A DNA stretch of 64,000 nt from an uncultured Candidatus Bathyarchaeia archaeon (GCA_964463005.1 CAYWZZ010000004.1:2589-66588); one strand, 5' to 3'; counted from the stretch's first letter, positions 50,840-61,168 are shown. Translations and numbers: made by a program. The notes: generated by a model not told the origin, from the letters alone.

Positions 50840-52075
50840 ATGAGAATCCTATACGTTGACTGCTCTCTAGCTGGGATATCTGGCGATATGATGCTTTCGG
50901 CTCTAATAAACCTTGGAGCTAAAATAGACCTTGAAAAGCTTTCGAAGTCTATTGTAGAGAGCCTTGACGGTGTTGAATGGTTAGAGGTTTCGTACAGTAT
51001 TAAATCTAAGATGGGTTTTCAAGCTGGCTTGCTGAAGGTTGTCTATTCTGATTCTAAAGACCATAGGATTGGGCGTGAATTAAAAAATGGTTTAGAAAAG
51101 ACGCTAGAGTTTATGGATGCTAGCCATAGGGCGAGGGCTTATGCCGTTAAAGTTCTTGAAACACTCTTAAACGCTGAAAGTGTCGTACATGGTGAACCCG
51201 TGGAAGAAGTCCATCTACACGAAGTTGGTTCACCAGATACGCTGGTGGATATTGTGGGAACTGCGCTAGCTTTAGATAATCTCGGTCTCTTTGAAGACGT
51301 TAAGGTATACGGTAGCCCGGTATCAGTGGGTTTTGGGTTTATTGAGACAGAACATGGTCGTCTTACGGTGCCAGCACCTGCAACCCTTGAAATTTTAAAA
51401 TCTAAAGGTTATCCTTTTAAAGGCGGACCTGTTGAGGGAGAACTTGCAACTCCAACTGGTGTTGCATTACTCGTAAACATTGTAGATGAAGTTACACAGA
51501 TGCCGCCCTTGATCGAACCTATTAAAGTTGGATATGGCGCTGGTTTTAAAGAATTGCCTGGGACCCCTAACGTTTTAAGACTTATTTACGGTGAGCAAAA
51601 AACGCAGTATATTCAAGAAGATGTGTATGTTTTAGAGACGAATATAGATGATGTTCAAGGAGAAGTTTTAGGTCATGTCATTGAAAAGCTCATTGAAAAC
51701 GGGGCGAAAGACGCATGTATTATTCCAGCTACGTGTAAGAAGAGTAGGCCTGGGCAAATTCTTAAGGTGATTTTGGATTGCGAAAACCTCAACCGTATAG
51801 TAGATATCATTTTCAGAGAAACCGGTACGCTGGGGATTAGGTTGGCGAAGACGTCTAGATTCATCGTTCCCAGGGAGTTTAAAACGATAAATGTTCAGAT
51901 AAACGGTATGGATTTCCCGGTTAAGGTTAAAGTAGCTAAAGACCTTGAGGGAAGAATTATCAGAGTTAAACCGGAGTATGAAGAGCTTAGAAAGATTTCA
52001 GACATCACAGGTATACCGATAAGGGAGCTTTCTTCAATTATCGAAGAGAGGGCTAAGACTTACTTGACTTCTTAA
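50840..52075 (+). CDS. larC: Nickel-pincer cofactor biosynthesis protein LarC
   Basis: GISGDM...AL, VH.HEVG..D...D, PAPAT, ETNIDD, ETGTLG.R, KPEYE. Confidence 0.92.
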   Translation: MRILYVDCSLAGISGDMMLSALINLGAKIDLEKLSKSIVESLDGVEWLEVSYSIKSKMGFQAGLLKVVYSDSKDHRIGRELKNGLEKTLEFMDASHRARAYAVKVLETLLNAESVVHGEPVEEVHLHEVGSPDTLVDIVGTALALDNLGLFEDVKVYGSPVSVGFGFIETEHGRLTVPAPATLEILKSKGYPFKGGPVEGELATPTGVALLVNIVDEVTQMPPLIEPIKVGYGAGFKELPGTPNVLRLIYGEQKTQYIQEDVYVLETNIDDVQGEVLGHVIEKLIENGAKDACIIPATCKKSRPGQILKVILDCENLNRIVDIIFRETGTLGIRLAKTSRFIVPREFKTINVQINGMDFPVKVKVAKDLEGRIIRVKPEYEELRKISDITGIPIRELSSIIEERAKTYLTS

Positions 52076-52117
52076 CATTTAAATAACACAGTCATCTTCT
52101 TTCTCTGAGGTGGTTTA

Positions 52118-52510
52118 TTGGCCTATTGGCACGGTGATCTTCATAAACGTAAACGAACCGGTGGGAAGAGCCATCCATATAGGGGTAAGAGAAAATACGA
52201 GCGCGGCGGTTATCCCGTTGAAACGCAGATAGGTGATAGAGCTATAAAAGTCGAACGTGTTAGAGGTGGAAATATAAAAGTTAGAGTTATTAGAGATAAT
52301 ACCGTCAATTTGAGCATACCATCCTCAGGTAAGACTGTTAAATGCAAGATTCTAAGAGTCGTTAAAAACCCGTCAAACAAAGACTATGATAGGAGGGGTG
52401 TGATAACTAAAGGTGCTATAATTGAAACGGAGCATGGCCTAGCCAAGGTGACTAGTAAGCTCAGCTCAGACGGTGTAATAAACGCAGTGCTCATAGAATC
52501 TAAGACTTAG
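52118..52510 (+). CDS. rps8e: 30S ribosomal protein S8e
   Basis: KRKRTGG, RVRGGN.K, RRGVITKGAII.T, DG.INAVL. Confidence 0.97.
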   Translation: MAYWHGDLHKRKRTGGKSHPYRGKRKYERGGYPVETQIGDRAIKVERVRGGNIKVRVIRDNTVNLSIPSSGKTVKCKILRVVKNPSNKDYDRRGVITKGAIIETEHGLAKVTSKLSSDGVINAVLIESKT

Positions 52511-52602
52511 ATATGACTTTCCATTTAAGTTGGACTGGCCATTATAGGTCTTTTAAACCATATATTGCCGATAAAAATAGTGGGAAGATAGCTTATTGGG
52601 GT

Positions 52603-53153
52603 TTACCACCACATCTTCTTAAGGGGCATGGCGAGTATTTCTCTAACTTCAAGCTTTTTCGATTTATCCCTACTGAATATGTCGTTGGTTTTGGTGGCTC
52701 TAGCTACTATAGCAGTATCCGCTCCTCTACCCGTCCCTGCAACTGCTATAACATCTTCTCCAATATTCAAGGCCCCTAAATCGGAGGCGATAAGAACTAC
52801 CTCTATGCAGACTTTAAACCCTTGACCTAAGGTGTAGAAGCTATTCCTAATGCTATCCATTCCACGCGCGTGTAGAGGAAGGTGCGTCTTATCTAAGGGT
52901 TTTCCTCCAAGTTTTATAATTTCTTCTTTAAACTTTTAAACTCCCTATTCATCTCCTCATGAGATACTACTACAACATTGCATAAGCCTTTGAGAGCTCT
53001 AGCGAATTTAACACCAGTCTCTCCTGATGTACTTGCAACCACAACCGTTTTAATACTTCCCTCTTTTACTCTTTTGAGGACGTAGTCTAAAACAGCATCT
53101 GTATTCTCTGAACCGGGTTCTTTAAAGTAAATGATCTGCTTTACAACACTCAT
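52603..53153 (-). pseudogene. Pyruvate-kinase C-terminal-like (alpha/beta) domain protein, frameshifted by an 8-bp tandem duplication
   Basis: YF..PG.ENT, VVASTSGETG ... GQG.KV.IE....A.D.G, VAGTG.GADTA. tttaaact repeated at 52927-34 and 52935-42. Confidence 0.8.
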
Positions 53154-53194
53154 ACAGATTACTATTGAAGTCTTTCAAAGCTTAAAAATCTAGC

Positions 53195-54328
53195 CTACCT
53201 CTGAGCGTACACACCGCGTTTCTTAGCGTAATCGATCATTAGTAGGAAGTTGTCAGCATTGGTGTTGACCGATATATTCGCCGAAGCCGATAGGATATAC
53301 CCGCTAAATCCCCCTTCACGTAAGCATCTTTCAACTTCCACCATCACATCTTCAGGTTTACCGAATTCGAGAATTCTAGGGTCTACATTACCGACGAGAC
53401 ATATCTTATCACCATATTCTTCTTTAACTTGTTTTAAACTCATTCCAGCCGTAACATCTATACCTTGATATGCGTCTATCCCAGCGTCTACGATATCTGG
53501 AAGTATGGAGGTTATGTTTCCATCCGAGTGGAGGACTGCAAAGGCGCCTTTACGCTTAAAGATATCACATTGTTTTTTAAGAGCTGGTTTTATAAACTCC
53601 CTAAACATTTTAGGGGAAAACCAAGGGCCCAGTTTATTACCATAATCTACACACATTTGTATGGCATCGGCCCCCTCGTCGATAGCCCATTTACCGACTT
53701 CAAGGGCGTATTTGACGCTGAATTCTATGAGAGCCTTCACGGCGTCAGGACGCTTATACATCCAGATTAACACGTGCTTAAGCAAATTCGGGTTTGAAAC
53801 TATAGGACCCCATGACCCGTCAGCGTCGAACGATAGGAAGAATTCACCCTTGACTTTCCTCACAAGATGTCTCAGAATCCCGAAGATTTTAGGGTCTATT
53901 TCAACAGTAGAGCCTCTACAGAATTCTATGATATCATCCGGGTTATAGCTTATCGGCTCATCCATATCCCAGAGTGAGAAACCGCTCCACTTATACCTTC
54001 TTCCATCTACCACCCATACATGTTCATCGATCTTCTTCAGAATTTCCGGCTTTCTAGTATAGGCTGAAACAACTCTTATCCAATCTAGCCCCGTTACTCT
54101 GTAGAGGGTTAGAAGTTCTTCAGCCATATATTCATTTATCTTATCTAAGCTTAAACCATTCTCCACCATAAGAGTGAATACAGCTTCAGGGTTGTGTACA
54201 AGAATTGAACTAGTAGGTTTTCTAAGTATTCTAGAGGCTATTACCGGTGGGATGTGCATTTCATAAAGCGGAACTCTATCCGGCGTTGAAATCTCCATAG
54301 CTTTTACCACTCTCTCCCAAGAATTCAT
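53195..54328 (-). CDS. UROD / MtaA-CmuA-like family protein
   Basis: MNSWERV......PDRVP, DYG...GP..SP, LHSDG, GNVD. Confidence 0.8.
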   Translation of the reverse strand: MNSWERVVKAMEISTPDRVPLYEMHIPPVIASRILRKPTSSILVHNPEAVFTLMVENGLSLDKINEYMAEELLTLYRVTGLDWIRVVSAYTRKPEILKKIDEHVWVVDGRRYKWSGFSLWDMDEPISYNPDDIIEFCRGSTVEIDPKIFGILRHLVRKVKGEFFLSFDADGSWGPIVSNPNLLKHVLIWMYKRPDAVKALIEFSVKYALEVGKWAIDEGADAIQMCVDYGNKLGPWFSPKMFREFIKPALKKQCDIFKRKGAFAVLHSDGNITSILPDIVDAGIDAYQGIDVTAGMSLKQVKEEYGDKICLVGNVDPRILEFGKPEDVMVEVERCLREGGFSGYILSASANISVNTNADNFLLMIDYAKKRGVYAQR

Positions 54329-54417
54329 AACAAGTTGATAAATATACGCTTGGGATTAAATAATTTCTACAACGTGTATGGTGAAACTTATATACGTAGT
54401 TAAATATACTTCTAATC

Positions 54418-55026
54418 ATGCCTAAGTATGTTAGACGTGTAGGCCCTAAGCGTAAACTTGAAAACCGTAAAGTGGCCATAATAGTCGCCCATGAATTTGA
54501 AGACGTAGAGCTCTTATACCCATTTCTAAGGCTTAGCGAAGAGGGAGCTGAAGTCATAATTATACCCGTTAAAGCTGGTCTACATCCTAGACCATCAGTT
54601 AAGGATAAGCCTATAACTGGACGTTATGGAACGCCAATACCTATGGAAGTCTTTGAAGAAGGAGGTAGATACGTCATAAAGGATATAGATCAAGTAGATT
54701 TAGAAGATTTAGACGCGTTGATAATACCTGGAGGCTTCTCTCCAGATGCTTTGAGGATATTACCTGAAGTTTTAGATCTCGTTAAGAAAGCTTACGAGAA
54801 GGGTAAGATTATAGCGGCCATATGCCACGGTCCTCAAGTCTTAATATCTGCTGGTTTGGTGAAGGGGAGGAGGGTGACGAGTTATAAGGCTGTTAAAGAC
54901 GATTTAGTAAACGCTGGGGCCATTTTCGTAGATGAACCGTCTGTTAGAGATGGAAATATAATAACTGGCAGAGTCCCAGACGACTTACCGGAGTTCTGCC
55001 AGATGATAATTGACGCTTTAACCTAA
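54418..55026 (+). CDS. PfpI/DJ-1 family protease-deglycase
   Basis: FED.EL.YP, IPGG.SPD.LR, AAICHGP, R.P.DL. Confidence 0.9.
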   Translation: MPKYVRRVGPKRKLENRKVAIIVAHEFEDVELLYPFLRLSEEGAEVIIIPVKAGLHPRPSVKDKPITGRYGTPIPMEVFEEGGRYVIKDIDQVDLEDLDALIIPGGFSPDALRILPEVLDLVKKAYEKGKIIAAICHGPQVLISAGLVKGRRVTSYKAVKDDLVNAGAIFVDEPSVRDGNIITGRVPDDLPEFCQMIIDALT

Positions 55027-55089
55027 GGATGCCCTTAATGTAACCATCGTTTACAATTGAAATCTTTAAGTTTACGGCTACTTTGACCC

Positions 55090-55505
55090 TTAAATCTTCC
55101 TAGAGAATGCTTTAGACAGTATTGGTTTGATTACCATCGTTAATATTAACGACACGGCTACTTGACCAAATACGTCCCTGAATAGCGATATTATTGCTGG
55201 TCCAAACCCTTTAATGAATACGTTCACGTAAAAGTATATTAAAGCCATAACGACGCCGCCCAGCAGGCAAAGGAGTGCTTGCATGTATATTTTCCGACCC
55301 TTACCTAAGCCTGCTATAAACCCTTCAAGTCCATGAGCGGGTATTGATACAAACCACCTTGGATAGCCTACGTATATATCTGTAGCTACAGCACCTATTG
55401 CTCCTACAATAGCTCCAACTCTTGGCCCATATATTAGAGAAGCTATGAATATTACGGAATCTCTCACATGCGTATATCCACCAGTCGGCGAGGGGAAGAA
55501 TTGAC
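55090..55505 (-). pseudogene. ECF transporter S component, N-terminally truncated
   Basis: FPSPTGGYTHVRDSVIF...GA..G..GA...D...GY. In-frame TAA shortly upstream, first TM helix missing. Confidence 0.65.
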
Positions 55506-55539
55506 CTGAAGTACACGAGCCTTGAGCTTAAGGGTTTGA

Positions 55540-55800
55540 TTGCAGACCAGCTACAGAGGCGTGGAAGATAAGGAGAATACTACTTCCCTCTTGATACTCT
55601 GGTAAACAAGCTTTCACACGTAGTCGAGAACGATAGAAAGAGAATAAGGAAGGCTGTAAAAGAGCTTCTAGGAGATGGCTATTTATTGATGCATAAAAGA
55701 GGGGGAAACCATATTGCTTAACCCAGCAAAATCAAGAGAAATAGCAGAATACATCAAAAGAGTTTTGAAAAATTTGAGGACTAATGACTTCTATGCTTAA
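55540..55800 (+). pseudogene. Remnant of a small wHTH-like protein
   Basis: RKAVKELLGDGYLLMHKRG, frameshift in a G5 run, then ETILLNPAKSREIAEYI. No intact start. Confidence 0.4.
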
Positions 55801-55910
55801 AAAAATCAAAGTAAATACGGTGTAGCCCTTTCAATCTTGTTTTCTCCTAATACTAGTAATTTTAATGGATTTTCATCCATACCTCTTATAAGTCTATCTA
55901 AGCTGCAAAA

Positions 55911-56016
55911 TGGCGGGCCCGGCGGGAGTTGAACCCGCGACCACCGGGTTACTTCAGTAGTGGAATAGTCCTCTACTTTAAAAGCCCGGCACTCTACCAT
56001 TCTGAGCTACGGGCCC
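55911..56016 (-). tRNA. tRNA-Lys(UUU) with 29-nt intron (55950-55978) at 37/38, encoded CCA
   Basis: GGGCCCG acceptor stem, TAGCTCAG, CCGGG-CT-TTT-A anticodon arm, GGTTCAA T-loop. BHB: CUUU/GAAG helix, UA^A bulges, AGUAG/CUACU intron stem. Confidence 0.95.
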
Positions 56017-56091
56017 ACTTATCACTATTAGAAGAATTCTCCTTTTTAAGGTTTCTTCAAAGTTACGGATTTTAAGGTAAGCCGTATAAGC

Positions 56092-57000
56092 TTGAACATT
56101 CACCCTATTGTTTTAGGGAGAGTTTTGAAGGTTGGTATTTTAACTAGGAATGAGTTTTCATGGTGTAGTCTTCAGCTTAAACAGGCTCTAAATCGTAGAG
56201 GCTGTGGATTTGAGTGTTTTAGTTTTAACGATTTAACCGCCTACGTAGGTTTTGAAGATAGTATACGTTTTAAGGGTAAACCTATTGAAGAACTTGATGC
56301 TGTAATAGTTAGACCTATAGGTAGAGGGTCTCTTGAAGAGATAATTTTCCGTATGGATTTATTGAGGGCTATGGAAAATCTGGGAGTATACGTGATTAAT
56401 AGAGCCGAAGCCATAGAGAAGGCTGTAGATAAATACTTTTCACTCTTCTTATTGAAGAAGGCTGGACTACCCGTTCCAAGAACTATTGTGACTGAAAATC
56501 CGAGGGTTAGCTTAGAGGCTTTTAAAAAATTTAATTCAAGAGTTGTTTTGAAGCCTATCTTCGGGTCGAGGGGTTTTGGAATAACGAGGGTTAGAAGTCG
56601 GCAAACGCTTTACCGTCTGGCGACTGTTTTAAGCTATTACCGTCATGTTGTCTACATGCAAGAGTATATTCCCCATGCCAGGGAAGACGTTAGAGCCTTT
56701 GTAATTGGAGACAACGTTGTAGCGTCAATGCGTAGAATTGGAGCTTCATGGAGGACGAACATAGCTCAGGGAGGTAAGCCAGAGCCCTACAAGCTTCCTG
56801 AAGAATTGAGGGAGGTTGTTTTAAAGGCGTGTAAAGTACTTGGGTGTGAGGTGGCTGGTGTAGATGTTTTAAATCCGAGTGGAGAATTCTGCATAAATGA
56901 AGTGAATTGTCAGCCGGATTGGAGGGGTTTGCAGAGCGTTTCAGAGACGAATATAGCTGAAGCGATTGTGGACTACATGATATCAAAGGTTAAGCGTTAG
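56092..57000 (+). CDS. RimK-family ATP-grasp alpha-L-glutamate ligase (MptN/CofF-like)
   Basis: DK......L...G.PVP.T, KP.FGS.G.G, QEYI, W.TN..QGG, GVD, EVN..P.W.GL. Adjacent to cofE. Confidence 0.85.
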   Translation: MNIHPIVLGRVLKVGILTRNEFSWCSLQLKQALNRRGCGFECFSFNDLTAYVGFEDSIRFKGKPIEELDAVIVRPIGRGSLEEIIFRMDLLRAMENLGVYVINRAEAIEKAVDKYFSLFLLKKAGLPVPRTIVTENPRVSLEAFKKFNSRVVLKPIFGSRGFGITRVRSRQTLYRLATVLSYYRHVVYMQEYIPHAREDVRAFVIGDNVVASMRRIGASWRTNIAQGGKPEPYKLPEELREVVLKACKVLGCEVAGVDVLNPSGEFCINEVNCQPDWRGLQSVSETNIAEAIVDYMISKVKR

Positions 57001-57752
57001 CGAAATAAATCTTCTTCTATAGGTCTAACAAGTTCTTTAGCTGAACCTTCACCTCGTATTGGCTTAAAGCCTCTTATTACAGCTACTGGTATTCTCGAAA
57101 GCTTACCCATGACGAGCTCGGCTGCCGCTGCAAGCTCATCCGCTACGGCTATAGCTGTAACTTTAAGCGTATACCCATATGGATCGTTTAAACCCCTATA
57201 GTCTATAGTAGGCTTCATACCTGCTACTCCAACCGCGAAATTGACCTGCCCAATACGCCAAGCTCTACCAAAAGTATCGGATATTATGACTGCTACATCA
57301 ACCCCTTTAATCTCCTTTATACGGTCTCTAATCCTCTTAGCAGAAGCATCCGGGTCGATCGGTAATAGTGAAACCGTGTCATCACCCGGTATGTTGGATT
57401 TATCCACCCCGGAGTTTGCACATACAAATCCATGTCTGGTCTCAGCTATTATATGCCCGTTCTTCACCTTAACTATACGTTTCGCTTCTCTGAGTATTAG
57501 TTCTACAAGTCTAGGATCCTTCCCTTCGGCTTCAGCGAGATTGAGGGCGAAACTTGAGGGCGTAACGTCTCTTAAGCGTACCAGCCTATTCTCAGCTTTC
57601 GACACTATCTTCTGAGATACTACTATAACGTCATCGTCCATTACTCCTACACCGCTTCTCTCAGCCGCTTCAACTATAAGTTTAGCTAGATCGTCGCCAG
57701 GTTTGACTTCAGGAATACCTTCTAAACCGTATATGCATATTTTAGAAACCAT
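56997..57752 (-). CDS. cofE: Coenzyme F420:L-glutamate ligase
   Basis: PEV.PGDDL, KIVSKAE, ANSGVD.SN, DTFGR.WR.G, DELA.AA.LV.G. Confidence 0.95.
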   Translation of the reverse strand: MVSKICIYGLEGIPEVKPGDDLAKLIVEAAERSGVGVMDDDVIVVSQKIVSKAENRLVRLRDVTPSSFALNLAEAEGKDPRLVELILREAKRIVKVKNGHIIAETRHGFVCANSGVDKSNIPGDDTVSLLPIDPDASAKRIRDRIKEIKGVDVAVIISDTFGRAWRIGQVNFAVGVAGMKPTIDYRGLNDPYGYTLKVTAIAVADELAAAAELVMGKLSRIPVAVIRGFKPIRGEGSAKELVRPIEEDLFR

Positions 57753-57861
57753 TATAACACCTGAGCTATGAACAATTATAACTTAAAAAGTTACTTCAAA
57801 AGATTAATACGTTTAAAAGGGAGATTGTAAACCATCAGTTAGATAGGGGGCTAAAAACGTC

Positions 57862-59418
57862 ATGGAGTTTAAACTTAAGGGAGAAATTCAAGCAAGCGGT
57901 AATTTGGAGGGTTTAAAAGAAGCCGTAACTTCTTGGGTTGATGAACTCAATAGGGAAGTTTTACTCAGAGGAGCTAAGTCTCCAAAAGAAGGTGCTAGAA
58001 TATCCGGTTGGAGAATTGAAGGGAATAGATTACTTCTCACAATAGAGTCTGGGAGAGCTGTTAGAGCTCATTCAGCCCTGTTAAGGGTTAGAAACTTTCT
58101 AGCAGATAAACTTGGAGGGTATAGGTTGGGTGTAAGAGGTTTAAAAGCCGAGGAGGTTAAGATAATAGTCGGCGATTCAACAGCATCCAGCGATGCTTTA
58201 AGAAGAGTTTTAGAAGGATTGGCCGAGGTTCAAATAGTTGAAGGGAAAACCGTAATAGTCTTCAAGGAAGTTGGCAGTAGAAATTTGGAGAAAGGTGTTA
58301 TAGATAGGGTTTTGAAGAAAGTCGAATCCATGCTTACTCCAGTAAGCGTGACGACGAGGCCTGAAAAACCGACGTATGTTCCAATGGGATATGTGATCAA
58401 GGAATCGGCTAGGAAGGACGTTAAATTCAACGGAGACGTTTCAGAGTGGGCTGAAAAACTTAATTGGATTAAAAGGTACCCTGGAAGAGGACAGTGGATT
58501 TTAACAGCACCAATGACCGCTTTAATCAACCTCATAATGGACATGATAGTTGATGATGTTTTAAAACCAATGGGTTTTGAAGAGTGGATGTTTCCCAAAT
58601 TGACGCCTCTTCAGGTTATGGCTAAAATGCCCGGCTATTTCGACAACCTCGCGGAAGGTATGCTCTATGTTTTCACGCCGGAGCGGGAGGAGGAGGCTTT
58701 GAAAGAGTTTAAACGTAGGTTTTCACTAACAGGCGAATTAGATCTTGAATCTCTAAAGAAGGAGCTTAGCGGTCCAAACTATGTCTTAGAGCCGGCTCAG
58801 TGTACACCATTTTACCAGTTCTTCTCAGGTGAAATCGTAAACTTAGACGATCTACCGATTAAAGTATTCGATAGAAGCGGTTGGACATGGAGGTGGGAGG
58901 GGAAGGCTACTAGGGGACTTGAGAGAACCATTGAGTTCTATAGGGTAGAGGCCGTTTGGCTGTCAAGCCCTGAAGAAGCCGTTGAAATACGTGATGAAGT
59001 AGCTGAAAGGTCTATGGAGCTTGCGGATAAAAAGCTCGATTTAGAGGTTAGAATGGTTGTAGGTGCACCGTTTTATATGAGTAGTGATGAAGCTTCTAAG
59101 ACGTACGTCGATATATCCAGTAGCGATAAGATTCCTACTCTCGACTTGGAAGCTTGGCTTCCTTATAGAGGCCCTAGGGAGAGTTCTGAATGGCTTGAAA
59201 TAGGAGGAGCCTTCTCATGCCACAAAGATAAGTATGTGAAAAGCTTCAAGATAAAGGAAGCTAAGGGTAGAGATATATGGACTGGATGTTCAGGCTTCGG
59301 CGTAACCCGATGGGTTACGGCTTTTCTAGCTCAGAAAGGCTTTAACCTAGACGATTGGCCTAGTGAAGTTAAGCGTAGAATTGGAAAATTGCCTAAGCCA
59401 GTTAAAACAATCACCTGA
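57862..59418 (+). CDS. serS: Serine--tRNA ligase, methanogen-type (type 2)
   Basis: LL.GA, I.SG..VR.H.ALLR, GRGQW, AQC.PFY, FDRSGW..R.E, EF.R.E, WTGCSG.G..RW...FLAQKG. Confidence 0.9.
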   Translation: MEFKLKGEIQASGNLEGLKEAVTSWVDELNREVLLRGAKSPKEGARISGWRIEGNRLLLTIESGRAVRAHSALLRVRNFLADKLGGYRLGVRGLKAEEVKIIVGDSTASSDALRRVLEGLAEVQIVEGKTVIVFKEVGSRNLEKGVIDRVLKKVESMLTPVSVTTRPEKPTYVPMGYVIKESARKDVKFNGDVSEWAEKLNWIKRYPGRGQWILTAPMTALINLIMDMIVDDVLKPMGFEEWMFPKLTPLQVMAKMPGYFDNLAEGMLYVFTPEREEEALKEFKRRFSLTGELDLESLKKELSGPNYVLEPAQCTPFYQFFSGEIVNLDDLPIKVFDRSGWTWRWEGKATRGLERTIEFYRVEAVWLSSPEEAVEIRDEVAERSMELADKKLDLEVRMVVGAPFYMSSDEASKTYVDISSSDKIPTLDLEAWLPYRGPRESSEWLEIGGAFSCHKDKYVKSFKIKEAKGRDIWTGCSGFGVTRWVTAFLAQKGFNLDDWPSEVKRRIGKLPKPVKTIT

Positions 59419-59442
59419 TTTGAATACTGCTTCCCCGTTATG

Positions 59443-59892
59443 CTATCGTATGGTTACTCCAAAGTCTTCCTTCAAAACCCTTAAAACAAGCATTGTCACC
59501 GTGTTTTTAACGCCAGGTATAGCGCCGACTTGATCTATCACTCTAGTAAGCTCCCCCTTATCTCCAACTTTAACATCTATTAAAGCTGAGAATTCACCCG
59601 TTACGTCGTAAATGCCGCACACCCCGTTTATTTCACAGAGCTTCTTTAAAATGCTTTCATACAGTGATGGATCTGCCTGTAATCCTATGAATGCTCTAAT
59701 CGGCAATCCTACCTTCTCAGGGTCTAGTATCGTGTAAAAGCCTTTTATAACGCCCTCCTCAATTAGCTTTTTCACCCTTAGATGAACAGTACCTTCGCTC
59801 ACACCAAGCTGTTTAGCTATTTTTACAAAACTTATCCTAGCATCTTTCTGAAGGAAATTTAAAATCTTCTTGTCTAAAGTATCAATATTCAT
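59443..59892 (-). CDS. Lrp/AsnC family transcriptional regulator
   Basis: LD.KIL..LQ.DAR....IA..LGVSE.TV..R...L...GVI, VTGE. Confidence 0.92.
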   Translation of the reverse strand: MNIDTLDKKILNFLQKDARISFVKIAKQLGVSEGTVHLRVKKLIEEGVIKGFYTILDPEKVGLPIRAFIGLQADPSLYESILKKLCEINGVCGIYDVTGEFSALIDVKVGDKGELTRVIDQVGAIPGVKNTVTMLVLRVLKEDFGVTIR

Positions 59893-59943
59893 AATTTTTT
59901 CTAGATAACATTTTTCAAAGTCCTCACATATATACCTTAACAA

Positions 59944-60624
59944 TTGAGGAGTTTAGAAGATTGGGTTAAACGCGAGGTTTTAAAGGCACTACTAAGGATT
60001 AAGCGGTCTGAATGGTGGAGTTTAACTAAACTTAGCGAAGAAGCCAATACGCCAGTTGAAGTCGTCAAAAACGTCTTAATGGATATTGCAGATTTCGTCA
60101 CAGTGAAAGACGACACCATCAGCATAACTGAATATGGAAAAGTCAAAATAGCTATACTCTGCCTTAATTTAGGCGCAGATCCATCATACATTTCCAGGTA
60201 TTTAGATTGGAGGGAGTTTGAAGAATTTACAGCGAAAATTGTAGATGCATATGGATACACCGTTTATAAAAATTACAGGTTTAAAAGCGTAAATAGACGT
60301 TGGGAAATAGATGTACTAGCCATAAAAAAGCCTGTGCTACTATGCTTGAACTGTAAACACTTTCTCAAGCAACGATGGGCTTCTCTAAGAAAAGCGGCTT
60401 TAGAAGAACTTGAAAGAGCTGAAGCTTTAAGGCAAGCTCTACCAAGGTTAAGATTAGAGCCTAAACCATCCGAGGGGTGGAAGATTCTACCAGCATTAGT
60501 AACACTGATTACACCAAAGTCTAAAGTTTACGATAAAATTCCAATAGTTAGGATAACAGAGCTTGGAAATTTCCTCGAAGACCTAACCTTATACACCGAT
60601 TCATTGAGGTTTTTACAAGTTTGA
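59944..60624 (+). CDS. HTH + Mrr-like PD-(D/E)XK nuclease-fold protein
   Basis: L.W.EFE.F.A......GY, EIDVLA...CK. Confidence 0.65.
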   Translation: MRSLEDWVKREVLKALLRIKRSEWWSLTKLSEEANTPVEVVKNVLMDIADFVTVKDDTISITEYGKVKIAILCLNLGADPSYISRYLDWREFEEFTAKIVDAYGYTVYKNYRFKSVNRRWEIDVLAIKKPVLLCLNCKHFLKQRWASLRKAALEELERAEALRQALPRLRLEPKPSEGWKILPALVTLITPKSKVYDKIPIVRITELGNFLEDLTLYTDSLRFLQV

Positions 60625-61168
60625 ACATAGAGCGTTCTACATTTGGTGATAATGGTTTCCCCGCGTTTAACCCCTCATTTTTATTTTTCCATGATTGGCT
60701 TAAGTCTACCCCCTTCACACGCCTATTTACTTTCAAGTATGTGCCGCTTGGGCTGTAGCAGCAAAGCCCCCTGTTGTAGCACCATACTATCCTCAGCTTA
60801 GGTTTACTGGTTTATATTGTAAAGCTCACCCCTAGCGCTGTTCTTACATATTCTTCTAGATTGGTTAAGATTTCGTTATTCTCTTTCTAATAGGCGCTCT
60901 ATCTTTGAGACTACAACTGTTGTAAATGTATACGTCAAACCTATGCAGATCATAAACTACAAAGGTGACGATTCTTAGAGGAATATCGTTATAAATAAGT
61001 GAACTGTTGGAATAAGGCGCACGTAACCTCAATCTGCGGCTTTATGTATACTTCACCCTCTTGCGTCGTTTGACATAATGTGAGATTGTACCATTTATCT
61101 TCTCTGATGGGCCTAAAGACAAATCTAAGCGCCAAGTTTTGATCGACTCTGATTTCAAAATTTCTCCC

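Noticed and set aside
55806-56000. 64-aa ORF on the minus strand
   Set aside because: It reads through the tRNA-Lys gene and is spurious.
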